The translations under genes and the position numbers were made by a program. A stretch of DNA of 36,198 nucleotides, taken from the IMG/VR virus record IMGVR_UViG_2529292906_000018; one strand, given 5' to 3'. Under the pieces are notes generated by a model. That model had not been told where the DNA came from, did no database searches, and saw only the letters and a program-made list of their open reading frames with translations. This DNA is from a virus (Duplodnaviria; Heunggongvirae; Uroviricota; Caudoviricetes). This document shows, one piece after another, positions 17,759-25,753 of the stretch. Each line of letters starts with the position of its first letter. Position 1 is the stretch's first letter.

Positions 17759-18386
17759 GGCATTCACCCGCGCGGATGAAACCTTTGAGGCCATCCGCGA
17801 CAGCCTGAATCAGCAGGCCATCAATAACATCACCAGAAAGCTGGCACAGGATTTACGCCGCGCCCAGCAGGCGCGTATCCGGTCACAGAAAGCGCCGGAC
17901 GGGACCGCGTGGACATCACGCAGACGCCGCGTAACCCGGATACAGGAACGCATTCGCTTTATCTGGAATAACGAAGCACGCACGCTGAAAAACTGGCATC
18001 ACGACACGGGGAAATACGGGCGAACCATTACCGGGTGGGATGAGGATAAAAACAGCATCCGTACGTTTTACCGGGATGACATCGACCGTTTTCTGGAAAT
18101 ACGCACCCGGCGCATCAACCAGGACAGCACAAAGCGCGTCCCCATGTTCGTAAAACTGCGCACCGCCCGCTACCTGAAAGCCCGTGCAGATGCTTCCGGT
18201 GTGACGGTGGGTTACAGCGGCGTGGCCGCACGTATTGCCCGCGTTCATCAGTTCGGTGAGCGCGATCAGGTTGCGCCGGGCATTTTCACCGATTACCCGG
18301 TACGTGAGCTGTTGGGCATCAGTCAGGCAGATGAACGCCTGATTTATAACACGGTGCTGGGCCGGATTGCGGAGGCTGTACGGTGA
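17751..18386 (+). CDS. S: tail completion/virion morphogenesis protein (P2 gpS-like)
   Basis: ATG 17751 overlaps R stop; position between R and V. Confidence 0.7.
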   Translation: MDKAFTRADETFEAIRDSLNQQAINNITRKLAQDLRRAQQARIRSQKAPDGTAWTSRRRRVTRIQERIRFIWNNEARTLKNWHHDTGKYGRTITGWDEDKNSIRTFYRDDIDRFLEIRTRRINQDSTKRVPMFVKLRTARYLKARADASGVTVGYSGVAARIARVHQFGERDQVAPGIFTDYPVRELLGISQADERLIYNTVLGRIAEAVR

Positions 18387-18964
18387 GCGCAGAACTCATG
18401 CGACTGCTGAGCAATATCATCCGCACCGGGATCATCTCTGAAGTTGATGAGAAGTCCTGGCGCGTGCGCGTTCGCAGCGGCGAACTGGAAACAGGCTGGC
18501 TGCGCTGGAACACCACGCGCGCGGGAGCCTTCAATGTGTGGCTGCCGCCATCACCAGGCGAACAGGTGGTAATTGCCTGCATTGGCGGCAACCCGGAAAC
18601 CGCCATGATAATTGGCAGCCTGTGGAGTGATGCCAGTCCGGCCCCCGGCAAAAGCCTGAAAGAAATCGTGATCAGCGCGCCGGACGGCGCGGTGTTCCGC
18701 TACGACGCGGACGCAGGCGCACTGAGCGCCAGCGGCATGAAAACAGCCACCCTGCAGGCATCCGTCAGCGTGACACTGAATACGCCCGTCGTGGAATGCA
18801 CAGACCTTCTGAGAACGGCGACGCTTGACGTCACAAAAGGGGGAAAGATGAGCGGCAATATCACGCACAGCGGCGGCAATTTCACCTCAAACGGCATCAC
18901 AGTGCATACGCATAAACACGGTGGCGTTAAAGGTGGCAGCGATTCGACAGGAGGCCCGCAGTGA
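18383..18964 (+). CDS. V: baseplate spike/assembly protein V (P2 gpV-like)
   Basis: ...NIIRTGIISEVD... and C-terminal ...HTHKHGGVKGG... match the gpV pattern as recalled. Confidence 0.85.
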   Translation: MSAELMRLLSNIIRTGIISEVDEKSWRVRVRSGELETGWLRWNTTRAGAFNVWLPPSPGEQVVIACIGGNPETAMIIGSLWSDASPAPGKSLKEIVISAPDGAVFRYDADAGALSASGMKTATLQASVSVTLNTPVVECTDLLRTATLDVTKGGKMSGNITHSGGNFTSNGITVHTHKHGGVKGGSDSTGGPQ

Positions 18965-19311
18965 CAACCCGCTACACAGGAATGAACCCGGACGGAACGG
19001 GAAACCTGAACGATATGGAGCACCTGAAACAGTCAGTCAGGGACATCCTGATCACCCCGCTGGCAAGCCGGGTTATGCGACGGGAATATGGCAGCCTTGT
19101 GCCTGATTTGATTGACGAACCCATGAATAACACAACTCGTCTGCAATGCATGAGTGCTGCCGTGATTGCGCTGACACGATGGGAACCCCGCATTGCCCTG
19201 GACGCCATCGACGTTGTCTGGAAGGCAGGAGGCCGCGCCGGGGTGACGCTGTCGGGCACTGTCATGCAGACCATGCAGAATGTTGAATTAACCATCACGC
19301 TGAGAGAGTAA
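18961..19311 (+). CDS. W: baseplate wedge protein W (GP25-like)
   Basis: VTTRYTGMNPDG...RVMRREYGSL... resembles P2 gpW (MTARYLGMNRSDG...RVMRRDYGSL) as recalled. Confidence 0.85.
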   Translation: MTTRYTGMNPDGTGNLNDMEHLKQSVRDILITPLASRVMRREYGSLVPDLIDEPMNNTTRLQCMSAAVIALTRWEPRIALDAIDVVWKAGGRAGVTLSGTVMQTMQNVELTITLRE

Positions 19312-19314
19312 ATC

Positions 19315-20211
19315 ATGCCTGCTGTTGACCTTTCCCAGTTACCGGAACCCGCCATCATCGCGGAGCCTGATTTTGAGGCAATTCTGGCTGACACAAAGGC
19401 CATGATGATTGCGTCCTATCCTGCCGAACAGCGTGAAGCCGTCTCCGCCGCGCTGGAGCTGGAATCAGAACCCCTGAACGTTATCGCTCAAACCATGTCT
19501 TTTCGTGAAATGCTGTTACGCCAGCGGGTTAACGAGGGCGCACGCGCCTGCATGTTAAGCCACGGTTCAGGGACAAACCTGGACAACCTCGCGGGCAATA
19601 TGAACACAAAGCGCCTGGTTATCACTCCGGCAACGGATACCACCGACGCGGTGATGGAGAGCGACACCTCGCTGAGATTGCGGGCGCAACGGGCGTATGA
19701 CGGCCTGAGTGTTGCTGGCCCGTCAGGTGCATACGAGTATTTTGCACGCAGCGCCAGCGGTCTGGTGCGTGATGCGCGGGCCATCAGCCCGTCTCCGGCC
19801 TGTGTGACGGTTTCCATCCTGTCCACTGAAGGCGACGGCACAGCAACGGAGGCGTTGCTTAATACCGTTCGCGCCGTTCTGAATGCAGAGGATACCCGCC
19901 CGGTGGCCGACCGCCTGACCGTACAGAGCGCCAGAATCGTGACATGGCGGCTGAATGCAAAACTGTACTTTTACCCCGGCCCGGAATCCGAACCTATTCT
20001 GGCCGCGGCTGAATCGTCGTTCAGGAAGTGGCTGGCTGAGCAGGGGCTTATCGGTCAGGACGTGGCGTTGTCCGCCATTGCTGCCGCACTGCATGTGCAC
20101 GGTGTGCAACGCGTGGAGATAATCGAACCCACACAGAATATGGCCATCAGCGACATACAGGCGGCGCGCTGTGAGTCATTCACCATCAGCGAAGGTGGAC
20201 GCAATGAGTAA
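19315..20211 (+). CDS. J: baseplate protein J (P2 gpJ-like)
   Basis: MPAVDLSQLPEPAIIAEPDFEAILAD... and ...PVADRLTVQSA... match gpJ as recalled. Confidence 0.85.
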   Translation: MPAVDLSQLPEPAIIAEPDFEAILADTKAMMIASYPAEQREAVSAALELESEPLNVIAQTMSFREMLLRQRVNEGARACMLSHGSGTNLDNLAGNMNTKRLVITPATDTTDAVMESDTSLRLRAQRAYDGLSVAGPSGAYEYFARSASGLVRDARAISPSPACVTVSILSTEGDGTATEALLNTVRAVLNAEDTRPVADRLTVQSARIVTWRLNAKLYFYPGPESEPILAAAESSFRKWLAEQGLIGQDVALSAIAAALHVHGVQRVEIIEPTQNMAISDIQAARCESFTISEGGRNE

Positions 20212-20812
20212 TTCGTTGTTACCACCATCAGCCAGCAATTTCATGCGTTGTGCCGAAGCCGTCGGAACACGCATTACAGACATTCCGGTAGACCTCAACA
20301 CGCTGTGGTCGCCGGACACCTGCCCGGTGCATCTGCTGCCTTATCTCGCCTGGGCGTTTTCCGTTGACCGCTGGGATCGCAACTGGCCGGAAGAGACAAA
20401 GCGACAGGTGATTCGTGATGCATGGCTGATACACCGACACAAAGGGACCATCAGCGCACTGCGAAGAGCCGTGGAGCCTCTCGGCTACCTGATTGAAGTA
20501 AAGGAGTGGTGGCAACTCAACGAGGAGCCGGGAACATTTCGCATTGTTGTCGGAGTACTTGATCAGGGCATCACCGATGAAATGTATCAGGAACTTGAGC
20601 GCCTTATTGCGGATGCAAAACCAGTAAGTCGCCATCTGACGGGGCTGGCGATCAGCCTGAGTGTGAACGGAAAGATTTTCGTTGGTACGGGATGCTATCA
20701 CGGCGATGCCCTGACGGTTTATCCCTACACCCCGGAGTCCATTATTGTCGAAGGGGATTATTTCCCTGCCCCAGCCATTCATTTAATTGATAATCTGAGA
20801 GTAAACGCATGA
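20204..20812 (+). CDS. I: baseplate protein I (P2 gpI-like)
   Basis: ATG 20204 with AAGGTGGA SD, overlapping J stop; within ORF 20171..20812. Confidence 0.75.
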   Translation: MSNSLLPPSASNFMRCAEAVGTRITDIPVDLNTLWSPDTCPVHLLPYLAWAFSVDRWDRNWPEETKRQVIRDAWLIHRHKGTISALRRAVEPLGYLIEVKEWWQLNEEPGTFRIVVGVLDQGITDEMYQELERLIADAKPVSRHLTGLAISLSVNGKIFVGTGCYHGDALTVYPYTPESIIVEGDYFPAPAIHLIDNLRVNA

Positions 20813-22404
20813 CAGTGAAATACTACGCCATTCTGACTAATCAGGGCGCGGCACGACTGGCTAACGCGACGATGCTCGGCAGTAAGCTGAATCTGACGCA
20901 AATGGCCGTTGGTGATGCAAATGGTGTGTTACCAACACCAGACCCTGCACAAACAAAACTGATTAACCAGAAACGCATTGCACCGCTGAATCTTCTGAGT
21001 GTTGACCCTAACAATCAGAGCCAGATTATTGCGGAGCAAATCATCCCTGAAAACGAGGGAGGATTCTGGATCCGTGAGATTGGTCTTTATGATGATGAAG
21101 GTGTACTCATTGCGGTGGCAAACTGCCCGGAAACGTACAAACCGCAGTTGCAGGAAGGCAGTGGACGCACCCAGACTATCCGCATGATTCTGGTTGTCAC
21201 GAACACCGAAGCCATCACGCTGAAAATCGACCCGTCTGTGGTTCTGGCAACCCGCAAATATGTGGATGATAAAATATCAGAGCACGAACAGTCACGACGT
21301 CACCCGGACGCCTCGCTGACCGTAAAAGGTTTTACTCAGTTAAGCAGTGCAATTAACAGTGAATCAGAAACACTGGCCGCAACACCGAAAGCGGTTAAGG
21401 CTGCATATGACCTGGCTAACGAGAAATATACCGCCCAGAACGCCACCACTACACAAAAAGGGATTGTTCAGCTCAGTAGCGCCACGAACAGCACGTCTGA
21501 AACACTGGCAGCGACACCAAAAGCTGTTAAGGCGGTAATGGATGAAACGAACAAGAAAGCACCATTAAACAGCCCGGCACTGACCGGAACGCCAACAACA
21601 CCAACAGCGCCACAGGGGACTAATAGTACCCAGATCGCAAGCACGGCTTTCGTTATGGCCGCGATTGCCGCACTTGTAGATTCGTCACCTGATGCACTGA
21701 ACACGCTGAACGAACTGGCTGCGGCGCTGGGCAATGACCCGAATTTTGCGACCACCATGACTAACGCGCTTGCGGGTAAGCAACCGAAGGATGCCACCCT
21801 GACGGCGCTGGCGGAGCTTGCTACATCAGCAGATAAACTCCCATATTTTACAGGGGCAGATCGTGCCGCGTTAACCGCGTTGACAAGTGTTGGACGTGCC
21901 ATTCTTGGTAAAACCAGCACTCAGGGCGTTCTTGATTACCTTGGTTTAGGGGAAGGCTCTGCACTGCCCGTTGGTGTACCTGTTCCATGGCCCTCAGCCA
22001 CGCCGCCAACGGGGTGGCTGAAATGTAACGGCGCAGCATTTTCTTCTGAAATGTATCCCAGACTGGCAATGGCTTACCCCACCAATAAATTACCAGACTT
22101 ACGCGGTGAATTTATCCGTGGCTGGGATGATGGGCGCGGGGTGGATGCCGGAAGGGGCATCTTAAGCATGCAGGGGTGGTTAACAGGAAGTCATTATCAT
22201 AATATTCGGTCATGGGACGCGTGGGATAACACGGTACTGGTGCCAAATGACAAAGGAGGGGATAGTTTGTTGTCGACAGATAACGCCGTCCGGCAAGGTG
22301 CAATTAACGGTAGATTTACCAGTCAATACAGAACGGAATCCTCAGGGGGGAATGAAACCCGCCCACGCAATATTGCCTTCAATTATATTGTGAGAACCGC
22401 ATAA
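20809..22404 (+). CDS. H: tail fibre protein H (constant N-terminal part plus currently expressed variable C-terminal cassette)
   Basis: 531 aa; internal repeats (TQLSSAINSESETLAATPKAVKA / VQLSSATNSTSETLAATPKAVKA); C-terminal third shares a junction motif (GLGEGSALPVGVPVPWPSATPPTGWLKCNGAAF) and a terminal motif (ETRPRNIAFNYIVR) with the downstream inverted cassettes. Confidence 0.85.
   Translation: MTVKYYAILTNQGAARLANATMLGSKLNLTQMAVGDANGVLPTPDPAQTKLINQKRIAPLNLLSVDPNNQSQIIAEQIIPENEGGFWIREIGLYDDEGVLIAVANCPETYKPQLQEGSGRTQTIRMILVVTNTEAITLKIDPSVVLATRKYVDDKISEHEQSRRHPDASLTVKGFTQLSSAINSESETLAATPKAVKAAYDLANEKYTAQNATTTQKGIVQLSSATNSTSETLAATPKAVKAVMDETNKKAPLNSPALTGTPTTPTAPQGTNSTQIASTAFVMAAIAALVDSSPDALNTLNELAAALGNDPNFATTMTNALAGKQPKDATLTALAELATSADKLPYFTGADRAALTALTSVGRAILGKTSTQGVLDYLGLGEGSALPVGVPVPWPSATPPTGWLKCNGAAFSSEMYPRLAMAYPTNKLPDLRGEFIRGWDDGRGVDAGRGILSMQGWLTGSHYHNIRSWDAWDNTVLVPNDKGGDSLLSTDNAVRQGAINGRFTSQYRTESSGGNETRPRNIAFNYIVRTA
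21929..21954 (+). other. invertase crossover site inside H (hix/gix-like)
   Basis: TTCTTGATTACCTTGGTTTAGGGGAA resembles the Hin-family 26-bp site (hixL TTCTTGAAAACCAAGGTTTTTGATAA as recalled); lies at the constant/variable junction. Confidence 0.55.
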
Positions 22405-23015
22405 TGAATAACGCGATATTAAATGATGACCTTATTGCCGTACAGGCAGGAAACATCGTCGTTTATAACTATGATGGTGAGACACGGGAATATATTTCCG
22501 AATCAACTGAATATCTTGCTGTGGGTGTCGGTATTCCGGCAAATTCCTGTTTAGATGCCCCGGGCGCACATAAAGCGGGCTATGCTATCCGCCGTTCGGA
22601 GAATTTAAGTTCATGGGAGTATGCGCCAGACCATCGTGGTGAAACCGTCTATAGCACTGACACGGGAAACACCGAAGAAATCACGGCGCTGGGTGACTAC
22701 CCGAAAAATACAACCACTATCGCCCCGTTAACACCATACGATAAATGGGATGGTGAAAAATGGGTGACAGATACTGAGGCACAACATCGTGCCGCAGTAG
22801 AAGCGGCAGAAACCAAGCGCCAGTCACTGGCTGATGCGGCAATGGCTTCCATAAGTCTGATTCAGTTGAAGTTGCAGGCCGGGCGGAAGTTGACGCAGGC
22901 AGAAACCACCCGGCTTAATGCCGTGCTGGATTATATAGACGCGCTGAACGCAATGGATATAAACATGACACCAGATATCAACTTGCCGGAAATACCACTG
23001 GCAGCAGCCAGTTGA
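22404..23015 (+). CDS. G: tail fibre assembly chaperone (P2 gpG-like)
   Basis: 203 aa ORF immediately after H with ATG overlapping the H stop. Confidence 0.75.
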   Translation: MNNAILNDDLIAVQAGNIVVYNYDGETREYISESTEYLAVGVGIPANSCLDAPGAHKAGYAIRRSENLSSWEYAPDHRGETVYSTDTGNTEEITALGDYPKNTTTIAPLTPYDKWDGEKWVTDTEAQHRAAVEAAETKRQSLADAAMASISLIQLKLQAGRKLTQAETTRLNAVLDYIDALNAMDINMTPDINLPEIPLAAAS

Positions 23016-23021
23016 ATATAA

Positions 23022-23468
23022 CTAAGCCGCCCTCACGATATAGTTAAATGCAATATTGCGGGGGCGGGTTTCACTACCACCTGTGTTACCAATACTTCCT
23101 CGTGAATGAAGCGTTGGTGATGGAATCAAACTCCCTCCTGTATTTGTGGCATCAAGCCCCCTGCCTTGTGTATATGTTTTTTTGAAAATCGTAGCCAACT
23201 CCCATTCATCTTTTGTGTCATATCCATCGTTAGCTACAACAATATGGCGGTGTTTTTCCAACATCCCGTTTTGAATGCTCAATAAAGCGCGTGCCGCATC
23301 AATTCCTCGCCCATCATCCCAGCCACGGATAAATTCGCCCCGTAAATCCGGTAATTTATTGGTGGGGTAGGCCTTTGCCAGATTGGGGTACATTTCAGAA
23401 GAAAATGCTGCGCCGTTACATTTCAGCCACCCCGTTGGCAGCGTGGCTGAGGGCCATGGAACGGGCAC
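23022..23468 (-). CDS. silent alternative tail-fibre C-terminal cassette 2 (promoterless, invertible)
   Basis: Begins with the H junction motif (V)PVPWPSATLPTGWLKCNGAAF and ends ETRPRNIAFNYIVRAA; listed start is an in-frame GTG, the frame continues into the crossover site. Confidence 0.6.
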   Translation of the reverse strand: MPVPWPSATLPTGWLKCNGAAFSSEMYPNLAKAYPTNKLPDLRGEFIRGWDDGRGIDAARALLSIQNGMLEKHRHIVVANDGYDTKDEWELATIFKKTYTQGRGLDATNTGGSLIPSPTLHSRGSIGNTGGSETRPRNIAFNYIVRAA

Positions 23469-23489
23469 ACCAACGGGCAGTGCAGAACC

Positions 23490-23515
23490 TTCTCCTAAAC
23501 CAACGTTTTCATGCG
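23490..23515 (-). other. invertase crossover site 2 (inverted relative to the H site)
   Basis: TTCTCCTAAACCAACGTTTTCATGCG; reverse complement shares GTTGGTTTAGGAGAA with the H-site half. Confidence 0.5.
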
Positions 23516-23982
23516 GCTCTTACGATGTAATTAAATGCAACGTTGCGAGGGCGAGTTTCTGTACCTACATTTCCACTAATTTCACCAAACCGTTTTACAT
23601 TACGAGAGCTAATGGCTCGTAGTGAGGAAGGCACCTTTAAACCGGGTTCGTCTGTTTTAACTATTCCCCCGTCCCCGTATGTAGCCAGTATTCCAGGGTT
23701 TACTCCTTCCCGTGTACTTCCCGCGGCAAGTCCATCCCCGGTCCATAATTCCATATAGTGTGCATGATCCAAAATTGTGTGTGGCTGCCAATTAAGCAAA
23801 GCGCGGCCAGCATCCACCCCGCGCCCATCATCCCAGCCACGAATAAATTCACCCCGTAAATCCGGTAATTTATTGGTGGGGTAGGCCTTTGCCAGATTGG
23901 GGTACATTTCAGAAGAAAATGCTGCGCCGTTACATTTCAGCCACCCCGTTGGCAGCGTGGCTGAGGACCATGGAACGGGCAC
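23509..23982 (-). CDS. silent alternative tail-fibre C-terminal cassette 3
   Basis: Same conserved N-terminal junction and C-terminal ETRPRNVAFNYIVRAA motif, different central segment. Confidence 0.6.
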   Translation of the reverse strand: MPVPWSSATLPTGWLKCNGAAFSSEMYPNLAKAYPTNKLPDLRGEFIRGWDDGRGVDAGRALLNWQPHTILDHAHYMELWTGDGLAAGSTREGVNPGILATYGDGGIVKTDEPGLKVPSSLRAISSRNVKRFGEISGNVGTETRPRNVAFNYIVRAA

Positions 23983-24003
23983 ACCAACGGGCAGCGCCGA
24001 GCC

Positions 24004-24029
24004 TTCTCCTAAACCAACGTTTTCATGCG
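24004..24029 (-). other. invertase crossover site 3
   Basis: Identical 26-mer TTCTCCTAAACCAACGTTTTCATGCG. Confidence 0.5.
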
Positions 24030-24232
24030 GCTCTTACGATGTAATTGAATGCAACGTTGCGGGGGCGTGTTTCTGCTGTGCCGACAATACTGGTACTCAG
24101 TCCTGTCGCTGTTCGTTTGTTATTTTTATTCCCTTCGATAAGACAGTTGTAATCGTCATTACCAATTAACGAGTTGGTGGCATCAATACTGTCCGGGGAC
24201 AAGGCATTAGTTGTGGAACTTAAAGTCAGCAT
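24023..24232 (-). CDS. alternative tail-fibre cassette 4, distal segment (after -1 frame change)
   Basis: Ends AETRPRNVAFNYIVRAA; frame is open upstream to 24298; joins the 24256..24612 ORF if the A6 run at plus 24289-24294 is read one base longer. Confidence 0.5.
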   Translation of the reverse strand: MLTLSSTTNALSPDSIDATNSLIGNDDYNCLIEGNKNNKRTATGLSTSIVGTAETRPRNVAFNYIVRAA

Positions 24233-24255
24233 CTCGTCTGAACTTGGAAGATTTT

Positions 24256-24612
24256 TTAATGGGGTTTCATTACGTGAAATACCCGCATAAAAAAGGACTC
24301 ATGCCTGTGCGCTTCAAAGGAGTCATCCTGAAGACTTAGCAAGGCACGCCCAGCATCCAAGCCACGTCCATCATCCCAGCCACGGATAAATTCACCCCGT
24401 AGATCCGGTAATTTATTCGCGGGGTAAGCCTGTGCCAGTTTGGGGTAATCTTCAGAAGAAAATGCTGCGCCGTTACATTTCAGCCAGCCCGTTGGCGGTG
24501 TAGCTGAGGGCCACGGAACGGGTACACCAACGGGCAACGCAGAGCCTTCCCCCAAACCAACGTTTTCGTCTTTATCCCTACCTATACCAACTATGTATTT
24601 TTCACGAAACAA
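24256..24612 (-). CDS. alternative tail-fibre cassette 4, proximal segment
   Basis: Contains GLGEGSALPVGVPVPWPSATPPTGWLKCNGAAFSSEDYPKLAQAYPANKLPDLRGEFIRGWDDGRG, then runs out of frame. Confidence 0.5.
   Translation of the reverse strand: MFREKYIVGIGRDKDENVGLGEGSALPVGVPVPWPSATPPTGWLKCNGAAFSSEDYPKLAQAYPANKLPDLRGEFIRGWDDGRGLDAGRALLSLQDDSFEAHRHESFFMRVFHVMKPH
24547..24572 (-). other. invertase crossover site 4, adjacent to the invertase gene
   Basis: TTCCCCCAAACCAACGTTTTCGTCTT, a variant of sites 2 and 3. Confidence 0.45.
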
Positions 24613-24626
24613 AGAGGATGTTTTTT

Positions 24627-25226
24627 ATGCAAATTGGCTATATTCGTGTGTCAACAAATGACCAGAACACGGATTTACAACGCAATGCACTGAACTGCGC
24701 AGGATGTGAACTGATTTTTGAAGATAAAATCAGCGGAACGAAATCAGCCAGACCGGGATTGAAAAAACTGCTCAGAACGCTATCAGAAGGAGATACGCTG
24801 GTTGTCTGGAAGCTGGACAGACTGGGCAGAAGTATGAAACACCTGATCACGCTTATTGAGGAATTGCGGGAAAAAGGTGTTAATTTCCGTAGTCTGACGG
24901 ACAGCATTGACACATCAACACCCATGGGGCGTTTCTTTTTTCACGTCATGGGGGCTTTAGCCGAAATGGAACGTGAATTAATTGTAGAACGTACACTGGC
25001 CGGGCTGGCAGCAGCACGCGCACAAGGACGCATTGGCGGACGTCGCCCGAAGTTGACAAAAGAACAACACGAGCAAATAGCGAGGCTGATTAAAAACGGT
25101 CATGACAGGAAACAACTGGCGATCATTTACGACATCGGCATATCGACGATTTATCGTTATCACCCTGTAGGCGATATACAGGCTGAAGAAACAACCAGGC
25201 AGACTCAGGAAAATGAAAACCGCTAA
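24627..25226 (+). CDS. serine DNA invertase (Hin/Gin/Cin/Pin family)
   Basis: MQIGYIRVSTNDQNTDLQRNAL...GDTLVVWKLDRLGRSMKHL...FRSLTDSIDTSTPMGRFFFHVMGALAEMERELI is near-identical in pattern to Gin/Hin as recalled; ATG 24627 within ORF 24618..25226. Confidence 0.9.
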   Translation: MQIGYIRVSTNDQNTDLQRNALNCAGCELIFEDKISGTKSARPGLKKLLRTLSEGDTLVVWKLDRLGRSMKHLITLIEELREKGVNFRSLTDSIDTSTPMGRFFFHVMGALAEMERELIVERTLAGLAAARAQGRIGGRRPKLTKEQHEQIARLIKNGHDRKQLAIIYDIGISTIYRYHPVGDIQAEETTRQTQENENR

Positions 25227-25245
25227 TCTGACCATTAGCGGTTTT
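25216..25245. terminator. bidirectional rho-independent terminator between invertase and U
   Basis: AAAACCGCTAAT-ctgacc-ATTAGCGGTTTT hairpin with T tracts on both strands. Confidence 0.6.
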
Positions 25246-25252
25246 GCGTTAA

Positions 25253-25747
25253 TCAAAACAGCCCTTTAACGGAGCTGGCCGCGCTGTTAAGGGATGATGT
25301 GACCTTATCTTTGAAGCCGGACAGCATATCACTGAACGATGAGGATTGCAGGCGCTCCCGCAAATCCTCATCACAGCGTTCAAGAGTCAGTGAAAATTCT
25401 ATCTTTTTCGCCTTACCGTAGCGATCAAACTCGGAGCGGGTCGTATTCGTTCCGGTCAGGACATACATGCCGTAAATCTGCCCGACACCATCAATCAGAG
25501 GCCAGGGGCGTCCTGTATATGCCTGCGTGGTCAGCAACGAAAGCGACACTTCGCCACCTGTAATTTCAGGATAAAGCACACCAGAAAGAACGATGCGATC
25601 ATCGCCTGCCCCGATATACTGCCAGCTTGCTGAACGGTTAACGCGTTCATTTTTCACATGCCGCCAGCTTTTGTTTTGCTGTAACTGCTGATGCGGCAAC
25701 GTGCGCAGCTCAAAAACAAACATGCCGTAGATCATCATCATGGCCAT
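25253..25747 (-). CDS. U: tail protein U (P2 gpU-like)
   Basis: 164 aa ORF downstream of the tape measure gene; N-terminus MAMMMIYGMFVFELRTLP resembles gpU as recalled. Confidence 0.75.
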   Translation of the reverse strand: MAMMMIYGMFVFELRTLPHQQLQQNKSWRHVKNERVNRSASWQYIGAGDDRIVLSGVLYPEITGGEVSLSLLTTQAYTGRPWPLIDGVGQIYGMYVLTGTNTTRSEFDRYGKAKKIEFSLTLERCDEDLRERLQSSSFSDMLSGFKDKVTSSLNSAASSVKGLF

Positions 25748-25753
25748 GACTCC

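Noticed and set aside
23022-24612. Tandem near-identical repeats of about 200 bp that superficially resemble a repeat array
   Set aside because: They are coding direct repeats (the conserved junction part of tail-fibre cassettes), not short regular repeat-spacer units; no CRISPR architecture.
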